This document shows, piece after piece, positions 27,217 through 38,796 of a DNA stretch of 64,000 nucleotides; within the stretch, counting starts at the first letter, position 1; each line of letters opens with the position of its first letter. The stretch comes from Kiloniellaceae bacterium (lineage in GTDB: Bacteria > Pseudomonadota > Alphaproteobacteria > Kiloniellales > J153). The notes under the pieces are model-generated. The model saw only the letters and a list, made by a program, of their open reading frames with translations, had not been told where the DNA came from and searched no databases. The stretch lies in the NCBI GenBank assembly GCA_021776095.1, contig JAJFGO010000118.1, forward strand, positions 1,045 through 65,044, given 5' to 3'. The position numbers and the translations under genes were made by a program.

Positions 27217-27705
27217 ATGACCTCGAAACTTGAGCGAATCTGCCGACGACGAGGCCTGAAAATGACAGATCAGCGCCGGATCATCGCCGGAGTCCTGTCC
27301 GAATCCAACGATCATCCCGACGTCGATCAGGTTTACCACCGGGCCATCAAGGTCGACCCGCGCATCTCGATCGCGACCGTTTATCGCACCGTCAAGTTGT
27401 TCGAAGAGGCAAATATTCTCGAACGGCACGATTTCGGGGACGGCCGTGCGCGCTACGAGGAAGCGGCCGACGAACACCACGATCATTTGATCGACATGCA
27501 ATCCGGCAAAGTTCTAGAGTTCACCAATGACGAGATTGAACGCCTGCAGCGTGAAGTCGCGGCGAAGCTGGGTTATCGTCTGGTCGGTCACCGGCTCGAA
27601 CTTTACGGCGTGCCAATCGGGGCTGAGCCCCGTGGTGGCGGATCGGCGGGCAACGGTCCGGCCGCGCCCGAAGGTAAGCCGGGCAAGCGTGGCGCGAGGA
27701 ATTGA
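27217..27705 (+). CDS. fur: Fur/Mur family metalloregulator
   Basis: GLKMTDQR, HPDVD, SIATVYRT, HHDHLID. Confidence 0.9.
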   Translation: MTSKLERICRRRGLKMTDQRRIIAGVLSESNDHPDVDQVYHRAIKVDPRISIATVYRTVKLFEEANILERHDFGDGRARYEEAADEHHDHLIDMQSGKVLEFTNDEIERLQREVAAKLGYRLVGHRLELYGVPIGAEPRGGGSAGNGPAAPEGKPGKRGARN

Positions 27706-27789
27706 CGGGCGCCGGTTGAGCGCCGTCGCACCTATCGGTGTTGAAGCGCCGACCAACTTGATCTTTCGGAAACCGATGGGGCCGCGTTC

Positions 27790-28605
27790 ATGACCCTGAT
27801 CGAAGCGAACCGTTCACGTGTGGTCGACGTCCGGGCGGCCGGCCTTTACATGCGCCTTGCTGAAACCGATGAGGAAGTCATGGCGGCGCAGGCTTTGCGC
27901 TACCGTGTCTTTTACGAGGGCATGGCGGCCAAGCCGAATGCCGCCGTGGCCGCGGTCAAGCGCGATTTCGATTCCTTCGACGATTTTTGCGATCACCTCT
28001 TGGTCTTCGACGAATCACGTGGCGAGGGCCCGAATGCGGTGGTGGGCACGTACCGGGTCATGCGCCGCGAAAACGCGGCACGGTGCGGGCAGTTCTACTC
28101 GGCCGACGAGTACGATATTGCGCCGCTGGTATCCTATCCGGGCGAAATATTGGAACTGGGCCGCTCCTGCATCGACGTGGCTTATCGCACGGGCAAGACC
28201 ATGCAAATCTTGTGGCGCGGAATCGCCGACTACGTTTTGGGCCATGACATTCAGCTTATGTTCGGTTGCGCCAGTCTGCTGGGAACGGATCCCGACCACT
28301 TAGCGGTGCCACTGACGTACCTGCATCGCAATCACCTGGCACCGCCGGCCCTGCGACCGGTGGCATTGGAGAAACGGTACGTCTCGATGAACCGTATTCC
28401 TGCGGCTGAGGTGGCACCGTCGCTGGCCCGCAAGATGTTGCCGCCCTTGATCAAAGGCTATTTGAGGCTCGGTGGATTTGTCGGCGACGGCGCGGTGGTC
28501 GACCATGATTTCGGCACCACCGATGTTTGCATAGTGGTCAAGACCGACTTGGTGACCGAACGCTATTACCGGCACTATAGTCGTGACGAGCCCAGCAAGT
28601 CTTGA
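27790..28605 (+). CDS. olsB: Ornithine N-acyltransferase OlsB-like (GNAT)
   Basis: LRYRVFYE, DFDSFDDFCDHLLV, ELGRSC, LPPLIKGYLRLG, DFGTTD. Confidence 0.8.
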   Translation: MTLIEANRSRVVDVRAAGLYMRLAETDEEVMAAQALRYRVFYEGMAAKPNAAVAAVKRDFDSFDDFCDHLLVFDESRGEGPNAVVGTYRVMRRENAARCGQFYSADEYDIAPLVSYPGEILELGRSCIDVAYRTGKTMQILWRGIADYVLGHDIQLMFGCASLLGTDPDHLAVPLTYLHRNHLAPPALRPVALEKRYVSMNRIPAAEVAPSLARKMLPPLIKGYLRLGGFVGDGAVVDHDFGTTDVCIVVKTDLVTERYYRHYSRDEPSKS

Positions 28606-29524
28606 AAGCGCGTTGGAGTTCAGAGACTCTTCCGGCGAGCCGCCAGACGGTTCGTCGGACGCAACTGGTGCGTTGGGCTTAGGCTTGGCGCGGCCTGGCA
28701 ATACCGGCATGGGGTCGACCTTGCGGGCCTTTGGCCGCCTGCTGGCGTACCTCGGCCTGACCATGCCCTTGATGCCTGTTCAAGCCCTCGCGGTGCGCTT
28801 CGCCTGGCCCCTGCGCGAGAGCATGCCGCGGTGGTATCACCGCCGGTGTTGCCGGATCCTGGGCTTCCGGGTCGAGCGGCGCGGCCGCCAATCGCGGGTC
28901 CATCCCACCCTTTATGTGGCGAACCACGTTTCGTACTTCGACATCACCGTGCTCGGGTCCTTAATTCCGGGCTCCTTCGTGGCTAAGTCGGAGGTCGCCA
29001 GTTGGCCCCTGTTCGGCCGCCTGGCCAAGCTGCAGCGCACGGTCTTCGTCGAGCGGCGCGGCCGGGAGGCAGGGACTCACCGCGACGAAATCTCCAACAG
29101 GCTTCGGGCCGGCACCAACTTGATCTTGTTTCCCGAAGGCACTAGCGGCGACGGCAATAGGGTTCTGCCGTTCAAGAGTGCGCTATTCGCGGTCGCGGAG
29201 CGTCACCCCAGTGGTCAACCCCTGTGCGTGCAAGCGGTTTCGGTTTCTTACACGCGCCTTGACGGCGTCCCCATGGGCCGCTATCTGCGCCCTTTCCTGG
29301 CCTGGTTCGGCGATATGGACCTGGCGTGGCACTTGTGGCACGCGGTGGGGCTCGGCCGGGTCACGGTCGTGGTCGAATTCCACGAGCCGGTCACGATCGA
29401 CGATTTCAACTCCCGCAAGGACCTTGCCCGGCATTGCGAGGACGTGGTTGCTTTGGGTGTCGCCACCGCGTTGGCTGGCCGCCGGCGCGAGCGCGCTACC
29501 GACGCCGGCGAGACCGGTCAATGA
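28583..29524 (+). CDS. Lysophospholipid/lyso-ornithine lipid acyltransferase (PlsC/OlsA family)
   Basis: NHVSYFD (HX4D), FVAKSE, FPEGT; start could instead be 28709. Confidence 0.85.
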   Translation: MTSPASLESALEFRDSSGEPPDGSSDATGALGLGLARPGNTGMGSTLRAFGRLLAYLGLTMPLMPVQALAVRFAWPLRESMPRWYHRRCCRILGFRVERRGRQSRVHPTLYVANHVSYFDITVLGSLIPGSFVAKSEVASWPLFGRLAKLQRTVFVERRGREAGTHRDEISNRLRAGTNLILFPEGTSGDGNRVLPFKSALFAVAERHPSGQPLCVQAVSVSYTRLDGVPMGRYLRPFLAWFGDMDLAWHLWHAVGLGRVTVVVEFHEPVTIDDFNSRKDLARHCEDVVALGVATALAGRRRERATDAGETGQ

Positions 29525-29620
29525 GGCAGGCCCAAGGTGCCCGGAACGCGACGGACGGCGAACTGACGAGCCGAGCGGCAATCGGACCAGTCCGCGCTAA
29601 GACCGATAGGTGATTGAGTT

Positions 29621-31062
<1,442 letters not shown>

Positions 31063-31066
<4 letters not shown>

Positions 31067-32145
31067 CCTCGGTCTCGAAACCGCCGCCGGCTGTGCTGGG
31101 CGACAACATGAGCGTTGAGGAAACCATGCGCCAACTGCGCTTCGACGATAACGCCCTTCAACCGCTGTTGTTCGGGGAGCACGATCGGCACCTGGCCCGG
31201 CTGGAGCAATTGCTGGGCGTGCGCCTGGCCTCGCGCGGGGACTGCTTATCCATTTCCGGGCCGGGCGAGGCCGTCGAGGTCGCGTCCTTGGCGCTGACCG
31301 CCCTTTACGAGCGCTTGCGCAAGGGCTTGGAGGTTGGCAACGGCGAGATCGACGCGGCGGTGCGCATGGCGACCCAAGCGCCCAGCGCGCCGGCCGGCGC
31401 GCAAGCGGCCGCCGATCCGCACAACGACGACATTTCGATTCGTACCCGCAAGCGCCACGTTTCGCCGCGCTCGCCTAACCAGGTGGCCTATATTCGTGCC
31501 CTGCGTAGCCACGAGCTGGTTTTCGCCACCGGACCCGCAGGCACCGGCAAGACCTACCTGGCGGTGGTCATGGCGGTGTCGCTGCTTCTGGAGGGCCGGG
31601 TCGACCGCATTATCCTGTCGCGCCCAGCGGTCGAGGCGGGCGAGCGCTTGGGCTTCTTGCCCGGCGATCTGCGAGAGAAAGTAGACCCCTACCTGCGGCC
31701 GCTCTACGATGCGCTCTACGAAATGCTGCCCGCGGAACAAGTGATGAGCCGGCTTTCCAACGGCGAGATCGAGGTCGCGCCGCTCGCCTTCATGCGGGGC
31801 CGTACGCTCAGCAATTCCTTCGTGATTCTGGACGAGGCGCAGAACACCACACCGGTGCAGATGAAGATGTTTTTAACGCGCCTGGGCGAAAACAGTCGCA
31901 TGGCCGTCACGGGGGACCTTTCGCAAGTCGATCTGCCGGCCAAGCAGCGTTCCGGTCTGCGCGACGCCGTCGATTTGCTATCCCGCATGGACGACGTGGC
32001 CTTCGTGCGCTTCACCAATAGCGATGTCATGCGCCATTCCTTGGTCACGCGGATCGTGCGGGCCTACGAGGCGCGCGAGCCCGCCGAGCAAGGCAATGGC
32101 GCCGGCTCGGACGACGCCGGCGGCGGGGGCAGCGAAAGCGCGTAA
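31063..32145 (+). CDS. phoH: PhoH-family ATPase
   Basis: [21 protein letters not shown]. Confidence 0.95.
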
Positions 32146-32158
32146 TGCGCCCAAAACC

Positions 32159-32728
32159 ATGACCGACGATCCAGACAGTATTCGCACCTCTTCGCCTGAA
32201 TTAGTGGTCGAGGTGCGTACATCCAGCCCACTTTGGCGGGCCCGCCTGCCCGAGGCGCCGGTCCTGGTCGAGCGCGCGGCACGCGCCGCGCTCGCTGGTG
32301 CCGAGCCCGGGCGGATGGGCGCGGGCGCGACCCTCGAGACCAGCTTTCTCTTGGCCGATGACGCCCAACTGCGCCGCTTGAACCGCGACTTTCGGGGCCG
32401 AGACAAGCCGACCAACGTGCTGTCTTTTCCCGCCGAAGACGACGATCCGGAGGCGCCGAGCGAAGCGGACGATACCGGGCCGCGCTTGCTTGGCGACGTC
32501 GCGCTTGCGTTCGAGACGATTGAGCGCGAAGCCGCGGCGCAATCCAAGCCGCTGGCGGAGCATCTCAGCCACTTGGCCGTGCACGGGGTGTTGCACTTGC
32601 TCGGCTACGATCACGCCGCGCCGCGGGAGGCGACGCGCATGGAGCGGCTGGAGGCGGCCGTTCTGGCCAGCCTTGGCATCGCTGACCCCTACGTGCCCGC
32701 CGGTTGCCCGGAAGAGGCGGCGTCATGA
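32159..32728 (+). CDS. ybeY: rRNA maturation RNase YbeY
   Basis: DKPTNVLSF, HGVLHLLGYDH. Confidence 0.95.
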   Translation: MTDDPDSIRTSSPELVVEVRTSSPLWRARLPEAPVLVERAARAALAGAEPGRMGAGATLETSFLLADDAQLRRLNRDFRGRDKPTNVLSFPAEDDDPEAPSEADDTGPRLLGDVALAFETIEREAAAQSKPLAEHLSHLAVHGVLHLLGYDHAAPREATRMERLEAAVLASLGIADPYVPAGCPEEAAS

Positions 32729-33663
32729 GCGAGATCTCTAATGGCCGCAACGGCGCGCGTGCCGCCAACGGAGAAACGCCGCGCACCGGGCTTTGGCAAA
32801 AGCTGCGCAGCCTGTTCGGCGCGCGTAACGGCGACACCCACCTGCGTGAGGCGATCGAGGAGATCATCGGCGAGGTCGAGGATCATAGTGCCGAGCAGCA
32901 AGATGCCGGCCCCATCGGCAGCCACGAGAAGCTGCTGCTCGCCAATATCCTGAAGCTGCGTCATGTCACGGCGTACGATGTCATGGTGCCACGCGCGGAT
33001 ATCGTCTCGCTCGATATCACGGCCAGCCTGGATCAGGCTCTGGAGACCTTGATCGAGGAGGGCCATTCGCGCCTGCCGGTCTACCGCGAGAACCTGGACG
33101 ATGTGGTCGGCTTGGTCCACATCAAGGATGTCTTGCCCGTGGTTCGCAAGGGCGGGGATTTCGATCTGGCCACGATCTTGCGCGATGTTTCGATCGTGGC
33201 GCCGTCCATGCCGGCCCTGGATCTATTGCTGGAAATGCGTCTAAAGCGGCTGCATCAGGCGGTCGTGGTCGATGAATTCGGTGGCATCGACGGCTTGGTC
33301 ACCATCGAGGATTTAATCGAGCAAATCGTCGGCGAGATCGAAGACGAACACGACGTGGACGAAGGGCCAAAGCTGGTTGAGCGCCCCGACGGCTCGCTGA
33401 TCGCCGATGCCCGTGCGGAGATCGCCGAATTCGAAGAGCGATGCGGCGCCGTGCTTTCGGCGGAGGAGCGTGAGGAGGATATCGATACCTTGGGCGGCCT
33501 CGTGTTCTATCTGGCGGACCGCGTGCCGACCCGCGGGGAGTTGATCCATCATCCTCATTCCGGCATTACCTTTGAGGTGTTGGAAGCCGATCCCCGGCGC
33601 ATCAAGCGGCTGCGGCTGCGGGATCTGCCCCAGGGCGCCGGTGCGGCTGGAGACAATGACTAA
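32725..33663 (+). CDS. corC: CBS-pair/CorC-HlyC domain protein
   Basis: HSRLPVY, VVDEFGGIDGLVTIEDLIE, CorC domain. Confidence 0.9.
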   Translation: MSEISNGRNGARAANGETPRTGLWQKLRSLFGARNGDTHLREAIEEIIGEVEDHSAEQQDAGPIGSHEKLLLANILKLRHVTAYDVMVPRADIVSLDITASLDQALETLIEEGHSRLPVYRENLDDVVGLVHIKDVLPVVRKGGDFDLATILRDVSIVAPSMPALDLLLEMRLKRLHQAVVVDEFGGIDGLVTIEDLIEQIVGEIEDEHDVDEGPKLVERPDGSLIADARAEIAEFEERCGAVLSAEEREEDIDTLGGLVFYLADRVPTRGELIHHPHSGITFEVLEADPRRIKRLRLRDLPQGAGAAGDND

Positions 33664-35281
33664 GCCGGCGGTTGACCCGACGGCGGCCCCGAGATTTCTG
33701 ACCGATTGGCGCGCCGTTCCCGTGCGTCTGGCTCAAGGCGTCGCGGCCCTACGTGGCTGGCGCCGCTACCTGTTGGCCATGGCGCTCGGCGCCTGCGCGA
33801 CTCTCGCCTTCGCGCCCATGCACCTGGTTCCGTTTCTGGTACCCGCCTTCACCGGTTTGCTTTGGTTGCTCGACGGTGCCCGGCGCCCGCGCGAGGCGGC
33901 CGCCCTGGGGTGGTGCTTCGGGTTCGGTCACATGGCCACCGGCCTTTACTGGGTCGGGCTCGCCTTTCTGGTCGATGCCGAGCGATTTGCCGCCTTGCTG
34001 CCGGTCGCGGTCGGTGCCATGGGGGGTGGTATGGCCTTGTTCCCAGCCCTTTCGGTCCTGGCGACCTGGACCATCTGCCGTCGCTGGGGCCTGCCCGGTC
34101 CGGCCCGGGTATTAGTCCTGGCGGGGTTTTGGCTGGCCGTGGAATGGGTGCGGTCCTGGGTATTGACCGGCTTTCCCTGGAACCTGGTGGGGAATGTCTG
34201 GAGCTTCTCGCCCGAAATGTTGCAGATCGCCGCCCTCGGCGGCGTCTGGATCCTGTCCCTTCTAACGGTTCTAGCCGCCGCCGCGCCGGCGGTACTTGGC
34301 GAGGTTTCCGATCCGATCCATGCGCGCGCGCGCGGGCGGGGCCGGTTTGTCGCTGTGGCTCTGGGTATCTTGATCGCGGTTTGGCTGGGCGGGGCTTGGC
34401 GTCTGGCTGGGGCCCCGGCAGTCGGCGAAGCGGTGGTTGAGGGGGTGCGGCTTCGTTTGGTTCAAGCCAGTATCGAGCAATCGCTCAAATGGGAACCCAG
34501 CTTGCGCTTGGGTAACATGCGGCGCCAGGTCGGCCTGAGCGTCGGCCCGGGTTTCGAAAAAGTGACCCATGTGATCTGGCCGGAGACAGCGGTGCCGTTC
34601 CTCTTGGACCAGGACGAGGGGCTGCGCCGCTATCTCGGCCGCGCGGTGCCTCCCGGCGGCGCCCTGGTGACCGGCGCGCCGCGTGGCAACTCGGCCCAGG
34701 TCTGGAACAGTATCCTGGCCCTCGACACCCAAGGCCGGATGACGGCGCGCTACGACAAGCATCACTTGGTGCCCTTCGGCGAGTATGTGCCGTTCCGAAC
34801 GATCCTGCCGATAGAGCGACTGGCACCCGGCAACATCGATTTTACCCCCGGGCCCGGCCTTGACATCATGGCCCTTCCCGGAGCGCCGCCAGCCAGCCCC
34901 CTGGTTTGCTACGAGATCATATTTCCCGGGCAGGTGGTTCCGGCGGGGCCGCGGCCGGGCTGGTTGCTCAACCTCACCAACGATGCCTGGTTTGGGACCA
35001 GTATCGGTCCGCATCAGCATTTTTCCAGCGCCCGTCTGCGCGCGGTTGAGGAGGGCCTTCCCCTGGTCCGGGCTGCGAATACTGGGGTAAGCGCTGTTGT
35101 CGACGGCTATGGCCGGGTAATCGCGCGGCTGGGCCTCAACGAAGTTGGCGTCCTTGATGTTGATTTGCCAAGTCCAGTTCTTGGTAAAAACTTGTTTGTA
35201 TTAGTTGGAAATTGGTCGGTCTTATTTCTAATCTTTTGTACCACAATTGCTCTTTTCGTATTGAGAAGACTTTTTCCCTGA
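33656..35281 (+). CDS. lnt: Apolipoprotein N-acyltransferase
   Basis: TGFPW, WPET, YDKHHLVPFGE, CYE, TNDAWF, RAANTG. Confidence 0.95.
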   Translation: MTKPAVDPTAAPRFLTDWRAVPVRLAQGVAALRGWRRYLLAMALGACATLAFAPMHLVPFLVPAFTGLLWLLDGARRPREAAALGWCFGFGHMATGLYWVGLAFLVDAERFAALLPVAVGAMGGGMALFPALSVLATWTICRRWGLPGPARVLVLAGFWLAVEWVRSWVLTGFPWNLVGNVWSFSPEMLQIAALGGVWILSLLTVLAAAAPAVLGEVSDPIHARARGRGRFVAVALGILIAVWLGGAWRLAGAPAVGEAVVEGVRLRLVQASIEQSLKWEPSLRLGNMRRQVGLSVGPGFEKVTHVIWPETAVPFLLDQDEGLRRYLGRAVPPGGALVTGAPRGNSAQVWNSILALDTQGRMTARYDKHHLVPFGEYVPFRTILPIERLAPGNIDFTPGPGLDIMALPGAPPASPLVCYEIIFPGQVVPAGPRPGWLLNLTNDAWFGTSIGPHQHFSSARLRAVEEGLPLVRAANTGVSAVVDGYGRVIARLGLNEVGVLDVDLPSPVLGKNLFVLVGNWSVLFLIFCTTIALFVLRRLFP

Positions 35282-35393
35282 AGTAAATAAGTTCTGTGGA
35301 TTGCAGTGTCGGCGGTTTTTCTGCGACTTCGGTTGCATACGTTGGTATTCTTGCAACTTCAGAGGGCATTTTGCGGCGAAAGGAAACGATATC

Positions 35394-35870
35394 ATGATGC
35401 GCGTACAGGAGCGCAGGGGCAGGGCAGCACCAGGAGGGCCGAACCCAGTTGATGTTCACGTCGGCGCGCGGGTTCGCCTGAGGCGGACCTTGCTTGGGCT
35501 GAGCCAGGAAAAGCTCGGCGAAGCGATCGGGTTAACGTTTCAGCAGGTTCAAAAATACGAGCGCGGCGCGAACAGGATCGGGTCCAGCCGGCTGTTCGAT
35601 CTTTCGCGGGTTCTCGACGTGCCGGTCGGTTTCTTTTTCGAGGACATGCCGACCAGTGTGTCGTCGTGCTCCCCGGCTCAGGTTCGGGGAAACGAGATGG
35701 CGATGCGTGGCGCCGCTGAGGAAAGTGCCAATTATGAGGCCGATCCCATGGCTCGGCGTGAGACCTTGGAACTGGTCCGGGCCTACTACAAGATCAAAGA
35801 CCCTGCCGTTCGTAAGAAGCTCTTCGATATGACCAAGGCCCTGGGCAACGCCGCTGCCAGGGAAGATTAG
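35394..35870 (+). CDS. XRE-family HTH regulator (conserved lnt-metK neighbour)
   Basis: PNPVDVHVG, SQEKLG, TFQQVQKYERGANR. Confidence 0.92.
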   Translation: MMRVQERRGRAAPGGPNPVDVHVGARVRLRRTLLGLSQEKLGEAIGLTFQQVQKYERGANRIGSSRLFDLSRVLDVPVGFFFEDMPTSVSSCSPAQVRGNEMAMRGAAEESANYEADPMARRETLELVRAYYKIKDPAVRKKLFDMTKALGNAAARED

Positions 35871-35959
35871 CTTTTCCTTGGCGGCTAGTCCGACCTACCC
35901 AAAACCCCGAATCTGATCTGCCCTGGGCTCGCCGTCGCGGCCAAATCCCGGGTTTGTCC

Positions 35960-35988
35960 TTGACGCCGATATTCGCTCCTTTACAAAT
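35960..35988 (+). promoter_or_regulatory. Candidate metK promoter
   Basis: TTGACG-N16-TACAAA(T). Confidence 0.35.
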
Positions 35989-36127
35989 GCCGCCGAACGG
36001 TCTCAAACCGGCCGTCAGCCAATTTTCCTTCATTGGCGCCGCCTAATTCGTATTTGAGCGTGTCATTTCGGGCGCCTGCGGCGATTCTGGCGGCAGAGCC
36101 GGACGTAATCCTGGGAGGGTGCGAACC

Positions 36128-37300
36128 TTGAGTAAGAACAACTACCTCTTTACGAGCGAATCGGTATCCGAGGGTCATCCCGACAAGGTTTGCGACCGCG
36201 TTTCCGACGCTATTGTGGACACTTTCCTGGGTCACGACCCGTACTCTCGGGTCGCGGTCGAGACCTTGTCCACCACCAACCAAATCGTCCTGGCGGGCGA
36301 GGTGCGGGGCCCGGCCGAAGTCACGCCGGAGTTGATCGAACAGGTCGTGCGCCACGCGATCAAGGATATCGGCTACGAGCAAGAGGGCTTTCACTGGCAG
36401 CACCTGAAGCTGGAAAACCTGATCCACGAGCAGTCCGCCGACATCGCGCAAGGCGTCGACGCGGCCGGCAACAAGGACGAAGGTGCCGGCGATCAAGGCA
36501 TTATGTTTGGCTATGCCTGCGACGAGACCGAGCATCTAATGCCCGCGCCGATTCATCTGTCCCACAGCATTCTGCATTCCCTGGCCGAAGCCCGTCATTC
36601 CGGCGCAGAGCCGGGCCTGGGTCCGGATTCTAAAAGCCAAGTCACCTTGGAATATCGAGGGGGCAAGCCGGTGCGCGCGACCTCCATCGTGGTCTCGACC
36701 CAGCACGCGGAGGATTTGGATCAAGAGGCGGTGCGCGAAATCGTGCGCCCGCACGTGGTTAATTGCTTGCCCGAAGGCTGGATGTGCGCGGAACAGGATT
36801 TTTACGTCAACCCGACCGGGCGCTTCGTGATCGGCGGTCCGGACGGCGACGCCGGTTTGACCGGGCGCAAAATCATCGTCGACACCTATGGCGGCGCGGC
36901 GCCCCACGGCGGCGGCGCCTTTTCCGGCAAGGACCCGACAAAGGTCGACCGCTCGGCTGCCTATGCCGCGCGCTACCTGGCCAAGAACGTGGTCGGCGCC
37001 GGCTTGGCCACCAGCTGCACCATTCAGCTGTCCTATGCCATCGGCGTAGCGAAGCCCCTTTCGGTTTTCGTCTATACCCACGACACAGGGCAGGTCGATG
37101 AAGAGCGCCTGGGCGCGGCTTTGCTGGACCTGGTCGATCTCAGCCCGCGCGGCATTCGTGAACGCCTTGGCTTGAGCCGGCCGATCTATGCGCGTACCGC
37201 CGCCTACGGGCATTTCGGCCGCGCGCCCGAACCCGATGGCGGGTTCTCCTGGGAGCGGCTCGATCTCGCTGCCGAGCTGAAATCGGCGTTCAACGGCTGA
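36128..37300 (+). CDS. metK: S-adenosylmethionine synthetase
   Basis: [28 protein letters not shown]; GGAGG RBS before TTG 36128. Confidence 0.98.
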   Translation: MSKNNYLFTSESVSEGHPDKVCDRVSDAIVDTFLGHDPYSRVAVETLSTTNQIVLAGEVRGPAEVTPELIEQVVRHAIKDIGYEQEGFHWQHLKLENLIHEQSADIAQGVDAAGNKDEGAGDQGIMFGYACDETEHLMPAPIHLSHSILHSLAEARHSGAEPGLGPDSKSQVTLEYRGGKPVRATSIVVSTQHAEDLDQEAVREIVRPHVVNCLPEGWMCAEQDFYVNPTGRFVIGGPDGDAGLTGRKIIVDTYGGAAPHGGGAFSGKDPTKVDRSAAYAARYLAKNVVGAGLATSCTIQLSYAIGVAKPLSVFVYTHDTGQVDEERLGAALLDLVDLSPRGIRERLGLSRPIYARTAAYGHFGRAPEPDGGFSWERLDLAAELKSAFNG

Positions 37301-37317
37301 GGCCCTCGTCGGGCGTC

Positions 37318-38028
37318 ATGAGCGGCCAGCCGGCCGGGCCGCGGCGCGCCTTTTACGTCCGCCGGGCGGGCCGACCCCTGCGGACCGGTGCACGAGCCCT
37401 GTTGCGGGACCTCCTGCCCAAGCTTGCCGTCGAATTGCCGCCGCCGGGGGTCTTGTTGGACCCAGCCGCGCTGTTCGCCGCGCCGGAGTGCCCGCTGTGG
37501 CTGGAAATCGGTTTCGGCGCGGGCGAGCATTTGGCCTGGCAGGCCGCGCGCCATGGCGAGGTCGGGCTGATTGGCGCCGAAGTCTTCGTTCAGGGGGTCG
37601 CTCGCCTGTTGAGCCGTATCAACCAGGCTGGGCTAACCAATGTGCGGATCTACCGTGGCGATGCTCAGGACCTCTTGGCCGCCTTGCCACCAAGCGCGTT
37701 AAGCCGGGTCTTCATCCTGTTTCCCGACCCCTGGCCCAAGAAACGGCACCATAAACGGCGCATCGTGCGGCGCGATATCCTGGACCGCTTGGCCGAAACC
37801 ATGTGCGATGGCGCTGAATTGCGCCTTGCGACCGATGACATGGACTATGCCGCCTGGATGCTCGAGCGCCTGGGTGCCCACCCGGCTTTCGAATGGCTGG
37901 CCCGGGGTCCGGGGGATTGGCGGGCCCGGCCGGAAGATTGGCCGCCGACCCGCTATGAGGCCAAGGCCCTTGAACAAGGCCGTCAGCCTGTCTATTTGGC
38001 CTTCAGGCGGAGGCTCCGCGGAGCCTAG
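37318..38028 (+). CDS. trmB: tRNA (guanine-N7)-methyltransferase
   Basis: LEIGFGAGEH, FPDPWPKKRHHKRR, TRYE. Confidence 0.95.
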   Translation: MSGQPAGPRRAFYVRRAGRPLRTGARALLRDLLPKLAVELPPPGVLLDPAALFAAPECPLWLEIGFGAGEHLAWQAARHGEVGLIGAEVFVQGVARLLSRINQAGLTNVRIYRGDAQDLLAALPPSALSRVFILFPDPWPKKRHHKRRIVRRDILDRLAETMCDGAELRLATDDMDYAAWMLERLGAHPAFEWLARGPGDWRARPEDWPPTRYEAKALEQGRQPVYLAFRRRLRGA

Positions 38029-38154
38029 GGCGGGCTGTTCTGTGGCCCGGCGCCGCGGGAGAAAGCCCTTGCGGGAGGCCGGGTTCCGGCGGTAAGGTTG
38101 CCGCCAAATTAGGACGAGGTGCCATTGTACAGGCGCCCGTCGGGTCGCCGAAGC

Positions 38155-38178
38155 GGTGGGCCTCTGGCCCACTTTTTT
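38155..38178 (+). terminator. rimP leader attenuator-like hairpin
   Basis: GTGGGCC-TCT-GGCCCAC followed by T6, about 35 nt upstream of rimP. Confidence 0.75.
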
Positions 38179-38212
38179 ATTTCCCTAAGGGTCTCGTGCC
38201 GCAGGCCGGGCC

Positions 38213-38776
38213 ATGGAGAGCCGCTTGGTGTCGCAAGCCAGCGAAGCTACGCGAACGGAATTGTCCAAGACCAGCGTCGGCAAGGCCGCCGAGGTCGAAC
38301 GCCTGATCGCCGGAACGGTCGAGTCCATGGGCTTCGACATCGTGCGGGTGATGCTTTCGGGCGATCGCCGGGCGCGGCTTCAAATCATGGCGGAACGCCG
38401 TGGCGGGGCCGGTATGCGGGTCGAGGACTGTGCTCAATTGAGCCGCGCGGTCGCGGCGGTGCTTGAGGTCGAGGACCCAATTGCCGGGGCCTATGAGCTT
38501 GAGGTCAGTTCCCCCGGCCTGGACCGGCCCTTGACCCGGCTGTCCGACTTCGACCGTTTCGCCGGCTTCGAGGCGAAGCTGGAAACCGATCGCCCGATCG
38601 ACGGCCGGCGCCGCTGGCGCGGCCGCTTGCTCGGTATCGCCGGCGAAAGCGTGCGCTTGGAATCCGAAGACGGTGAGGTCGAGGTGCCGTTTCACGACCT
38701 TGTCAAGGCCAAGCTGGTGCTCAACGACGAATTGCTCTCCGCCGCCAGTTCGGCCGAGGACCAACTTCAGATCTGA
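38213..38776 (+). CDS. rimP: Ribosome maturation factor RimP
   Basis: YELEVSSPGLDRPL. Confidence 0.95.
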   Translation: MESRLVSQASEATRTELSKTSVGKAAEVERLIAGTVESMGFDIVRVMLSGDRRARLQIMAERRGGAGMRVEDCAQLSRAVAAVLEVEDPIAGAYELEVSSPGLDRPLTRLSDFDRFAGFEAKLETDRPIDGRRRWRGRLLGIAGESVRLESEDGEVEVPFHDLVKAKLVLNDELLSAASSAEDQLQI

Positions 38777-38796
38777 ACCGAGAAAGCGAACAAGCG

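Noticed and set aside
35990-36127. SAM-II or SAM-SAH riboswitch in the metK leader
   Set aside because: I could not match the conserved cores by eye; a cmscan would be needed to exclude it.
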